This document shows positions 61,224 to 64,000 of a DNA stretch of 64,000 nt, piece after piece. The number at the start of each line of letters is the position of its first letter. Position 1 is the stretch's first letter. The stretch is taken from contig CAVOOB010000002.1 of NCBI GenBank assembly GCA_963697435.1, forward strand, positions 587,681 through 651,680, given 5' to 3'. The notes under the pieces were generated by a model. That model saw only the letters and a program-made list of their open reading frames with translations. It ran no database searches and was not told the DNA's origin. The translations under genes and the position numbers were made by a program. This stretch comes from an uncultured Gemmatimonadales bacterium. GTDB lineage: Bacteria > Gemmatimonadota > Gemmatimonadetes > Gemmatimonadales > GWC2-71-9.

Positions 61224-62083
61224 TGCCTCGTGCACGCCGGGGCATCGTGCTGGTGGAGCTGGTCGTCGCCCTTGTGCTGCTCACACTGCTTGCAGCGGCC
61301 ATGCTTCGCGTTTCGCTGACGTTTAGTCGGCACGCCATTGCCGTGACTGAGCATGCGGCGGTGCAGGCCGGCGTGCGCACGGGTATGGTGCTCGCGCGCG
61401 CGGAACTGCGTGAGCTCGGCAGCGACTTCACCGGTGCCGACCTGATCAGATTCGACGCCGACTCCATCACGTTTCGGGCCGCCCGTGGGTTCGGGGTGAC
61501 CTGCGCGGTGTGGGCATCGCAGGTCCACATCCTGGACGCGCCGCCACTTCCGTTCAGCCGGCTGCGCGCCCCCTCGCCCGGCCGCGACAGCCTCTGGTTG
61601 TTCGTGGAAGGCGACTCCACGACGTCAATCGATGATCGGTGGATCGTCTTGCCGGTGCTCTCCGTCGGGGCCGGCTCCTGTGGAGGCGCTCCCGCGCTCG
61701 CCCTCGGCACCGTCGACATGACCCCCTTCCTCCCCTCGGGTGACCTCGCGGATGTCGGGGAAGGCGGGCCGGTGCGCACCTTCGAGGTCAGCCGCCTCGC
61801 GGAGTATGCCTCCGGCGGTCAGCGCTGGCTCGGCCTGGCGTCGGTGAGTGGCGGGGAGTCGATTCAACCGATTGCCGGGCCACTCACCGGTGAGGGGCTG
61901 CGCCTCGAGTATCTGGATGGCACCGGTGCGGAAGTCGTCGATCCAGCGGCGGTGCGCAGCATCCGGATCACCCTCGTGGGTGCGAGCGAGCGCAGAGCAG
62001 CCATCGGCTGGACCGGCGGGCCCAAGGCGTTCGTCGCCGAGACGGTCTCGACCCGGCTCTTCCTCCGCAATGTTCAGCGGTGA
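61223..62083 (+). CDS. Minor pilin, PilW-like
   Basis: RRG/IVLVELVVALVLL; C-terminal VRSIRITL...LFLRN. Confidence 0.8.
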   Translation: MPRARRGIVLVELVVALVLLTLLAAAMLRVSLTFSRHAIAVTEHAAVQAGVRTGMVLARAELRELGSDFTGADLIRFDADSITFRAARGFGVTCAVWASQVHILDAPPLPFSRLRAPSPGRDSLWLFVEGDSTTSIDDRWIVLPVLSVGAGSCGGAPALALGTVDMTPFLPSGDLADVGEGGPVRTFEVSRLAEYASGGQRWLGLASVSGGESIQPIAGPLTGEGLRLEYLDGTGAEVVDPAAVRSIRITLVGASERRAAIGWTGGPKAFVAETVSTRLFLRNVQR

Positions 62084-62090
62084 TCGACCG

Positions 62091-62549
62091 GTGACAGCGA
62101 AGCACGCCCGGGGAGAACAGGGCTTTGGCCTCTTGCTGGTCGTCGTGATGCTCGCGGTGCTGGGATTCCTGTCGCTCACCACCTTCGGCATTGCGCGGCG
62201 CGAGTTTCGGAGCGCGACCGACCTCGGCTACGCCGCCGAGGCGTTCGAGGCCGCGGAATCCGGGCTGGCCGCCGCCGCCTCCACCGCGGCGGGATTCCAG
62301 GGCGCTCCCCTTCGGGTGCCGCAGCTGGGCCCCGGGATGCTCGGAAGCCGGACACGGTTCGCGACGACGGTCATCCGGCTGACGCCATCGGTCTTCCTCC
62401 TCCGGTCGGTGGGCGAACGGCTCGATGGAGCGGGGGAGGTGCTCGCGCGGCGGCGGCTGGGACTGCTCGGGAGGCTCGTCACACCGCCGGGCTCGCCCGT
62501 CTCCCGATTCCTGCAACTGCAATCCCGTGGCTGGGTGCAGTTGTATTAG
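62091..62549 (+). CDS. Minor pilin, PilX-like
   Basis: EQG/FGLLLVVVMLAVL lacking Glu5; AFEAAESGL; C-terminal GWVQLY. Confidence 0.75.
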   Translation: MTAKHARGEQGFGLLLVVVMLAVLGFLSLTTFGIARREFRSATDLGYAAEAFEAAESGLAAAASTAAGFQGAPLRVPQLGPGMLGSRTRFATTVIRLTPSVFLLRSVGERLDGAGEVLARRRLGLLGRLVTPPGSPVSRFLQLQSRGWVQLY

Positions 62550-62657
62550 CCCCTCTGCCGCTCTGCCCCGCTGTTCTGGCGGAACCCCTTCCAAATTCCC
62601 GTTCAAGGTGTGAGATCGGCAGCTTGCCGAGGCCACGGCGCGGGGTAGGTTTTGGAC

Positions 62658-63230
62658 ATGACCACCGACCCGCACACCATTACCAATCTGCTCGGGAAGT
62701 GGAGTGAGGGCGACGCGGAGGCCTTCCCGAAGCTCGTCGCGCTGGCCTACGACGACCTGCGTGCCATCGCGCACCGCCGCCTGATGGCGGGCGGGGACGG
62801 CGACCTGGCCACCACGGCACTGGTGCACGAGGTCTTTCTTCGCCTGGTCGGCAGTGAGGGCGGGGAGTGGCAGAGCCGCGCGCACTTCTACGCCTTCGCC
62901 TCCAAGGCGATGCGGCACATCCTGGTCGATCACGCCCGCCGCACCCAGGCCCAGCGACGGGGCGGGGGCGCGGTGCGACTCGCCCTCGATGAGAACACGG
63001 TGGCCGCCGACCAGGGCTTCGAGGACGTCCTCGGCGTGAACGAGGCGCTCGAGCGGCTGGCCACGCACAATCCCCGAATGGCCAGCGTGGTGGAGCTCCG
63101 GTTCTTTGGCGGGCTGACCATGGATGAAGTGGCCGTCGTGCTGGACACCTCAACCCGGACCGTGGAGCGGGAATGGACGCGCGCCAAGGCCTACCTGCTC
63201 GAATCGCTGGCCGGAGATGACGGCCGATAG
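62658..63230 (+). CDS. ECF sigma factor of the Ser/Thr-kinase-associated type
   Basis: ITNLLGKW, YDDLRAIAHRRL, TTALVHEVFLRL, VVELRFFGGLT, TVEREWTRAKAYL. Confidence 0.9.
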   Translation: MTTDPHTITNLLGKWSEGDAEAFPKLVALAYDDLRAIAHRRLMAGGDGDLATTALVHEVFLRLVGSEGGEWQSRAHFYAFASKAMRHILVDHARRTQAQRRGGGAVRLALDENTVAADQGFEDVLGVNEALERLATHNPRMASVVELRFFGGLTMDEVAVVLDTSTRTVEREWTRAKAYLLESLAGDDGR

Positions 63231-64000
63231 CCCGCTGCTCTGGAAGCGCTGGGACGAGGTCGACCGGTTGCTGGCGGAGGCGTTGGATCACCCTGCCGCC
63301 GAGCGTGTCGCCTATGTCCGCCGTGCCGCGCAGGGTGACGACGCGCTCCGTGACCTGGTCCTTCGACTTCTCGACCGATTGGACTCCGACACCGGGCGCT
63401 TGACGTCTCCATCCGATCCCGTCGTGCTCGGGGCGTTCGCAGCGGATGCGGGCGGGGGCGACACCGGCGCGCTGGCCGCGGGCACCGAAGTCGATCGCTA
63501 CCGCGTCATACGACACCTGGGCCGGGGTGGCATGGCCACCGTGTATGAGGCGGAGCGCGCGGATGGGACGTACCAGCAGCGCGTGGCCTTGAAGGTGCTG
63601 CGCCGCGGGCTGGATACCGACGACCTCATCCGCCGCTTCCTAATCGAACGGCAGATTCTCTCTTCGCTCTCCCATCCCAACATTGCGCGGCTGCTCGACG
63701 GCGGTTCCACCGCCGACGGTCGGCCGTACCTGGTGATGGAACTGGTGGAGGGAAAACCCATCACCGCATGGGCCGATGCGCATCGGCTCAGCGTGCGGGA
63801 TCGGCTGCGGCTCTTCCTGGAAGTCGCGGACGCGGTGCAGTCGGCCCATCGCCAGCTCGTGGTCCACCGGGATATCAAGCCCTCGAATATCCTGGTCGGC
63901 GCCGATGGCCGCGTGAAGCTGCTGGACTTCGGCATCGCCAAGCTGCTGGAGGATGACGTCGGGGAGACGGATGTCGGCGGGCGACCGCTGACCCCCACCT
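63217..64000 (+). CDS. Hanks-type Ser/Thr protein kinase (3' end outside the window)
   Basis: Read manually from ATG 63217: LGRGGMATVY, VALKVL, HPNIARLLDGG, VHRDIKPSNIL, KLLDFGIAK. Confidence 0.92.
   Translation, partial: MTADSPLLWKRWDEVDRLLAEALDHPAAERVAYVRRAAQGDDALRDLVLRLLDRLDSDTGRLTSPSDPVVLGAFAADAGGGDTGALAAGTEVDRYRVIRHLGRGGMATVYEAERADGTYQQRVALKVLRRGLDTDDLIRRFLIERQILSSLSHPNIARLLDGGSTADGRPYLVMELVEGKPITAWADAHRLSVRDRLRLFLEVADAVQSAHRQLVVHRDIKPSNILVGADGRVKLLDFGIAKLLEDDVGETDVGGRPLTPT

Noticed and set aside
62658-64000. ECF sigma plus Ser/Thr kinase pair as a novel system
   Set aside because: A known arrangement of kinase-associated ECF sigma factors, and truncated by the window edge.

Overview
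GC-rich bacterial chromosomal DNA (roughly 65-70% GC by eye), densely coded. The gene repertoire suggests a Gemmatimonadota (FCB superphylum) genome; this is an inference, not a database result. In order: end of a ccm operon; an ECF-sigma/anti-sigma-led operon with DUF92, FAD oxidoreductase, flavin reductase, methyltransferase, SRPBCC cyclase, FabF-like ketosynthase and aquaporin; a V4R-like protein and M24 peptidase; a cassette of TonB-dependent receptor, a large secreted protein with a T9SS-like C-terminal domain, a PorV-like barrel, a GWxTD protein and a lipoprotein; arylsulfotransferase, ABC exporter, heme o synthase, APC permease, an Oar-like TonB-dependent receptor; lptG/lptF divergent from a 2014-aa SprA (T9SS translocon) homologue coupled to a glutaminyl-cyclase-like M28 lipoprotein and followed by comEA; a type IV pilus locus (pilB-pilT-pilC ... 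pilS-pilR-pilA1-pilA2-second two-component system-minor pilins) interrupted by ars and efflux operons; and an ECF sigma/Ser-Thr kinase pair cut by the window edge. The best candidate for an undescribed system is a pared-down type IX-like secretion and surface-display module (SprA + PorV + CTD cargo paired with a TonB-dependent receptor + GWxTD + QC-like enzyme). No GldKLMN or PorU gene is visible in the window. About ten frameshifts, almost all single-base insertions, look like sequencing errors. No rRNA, tRNA, CRISPR array or transposase was recognised.
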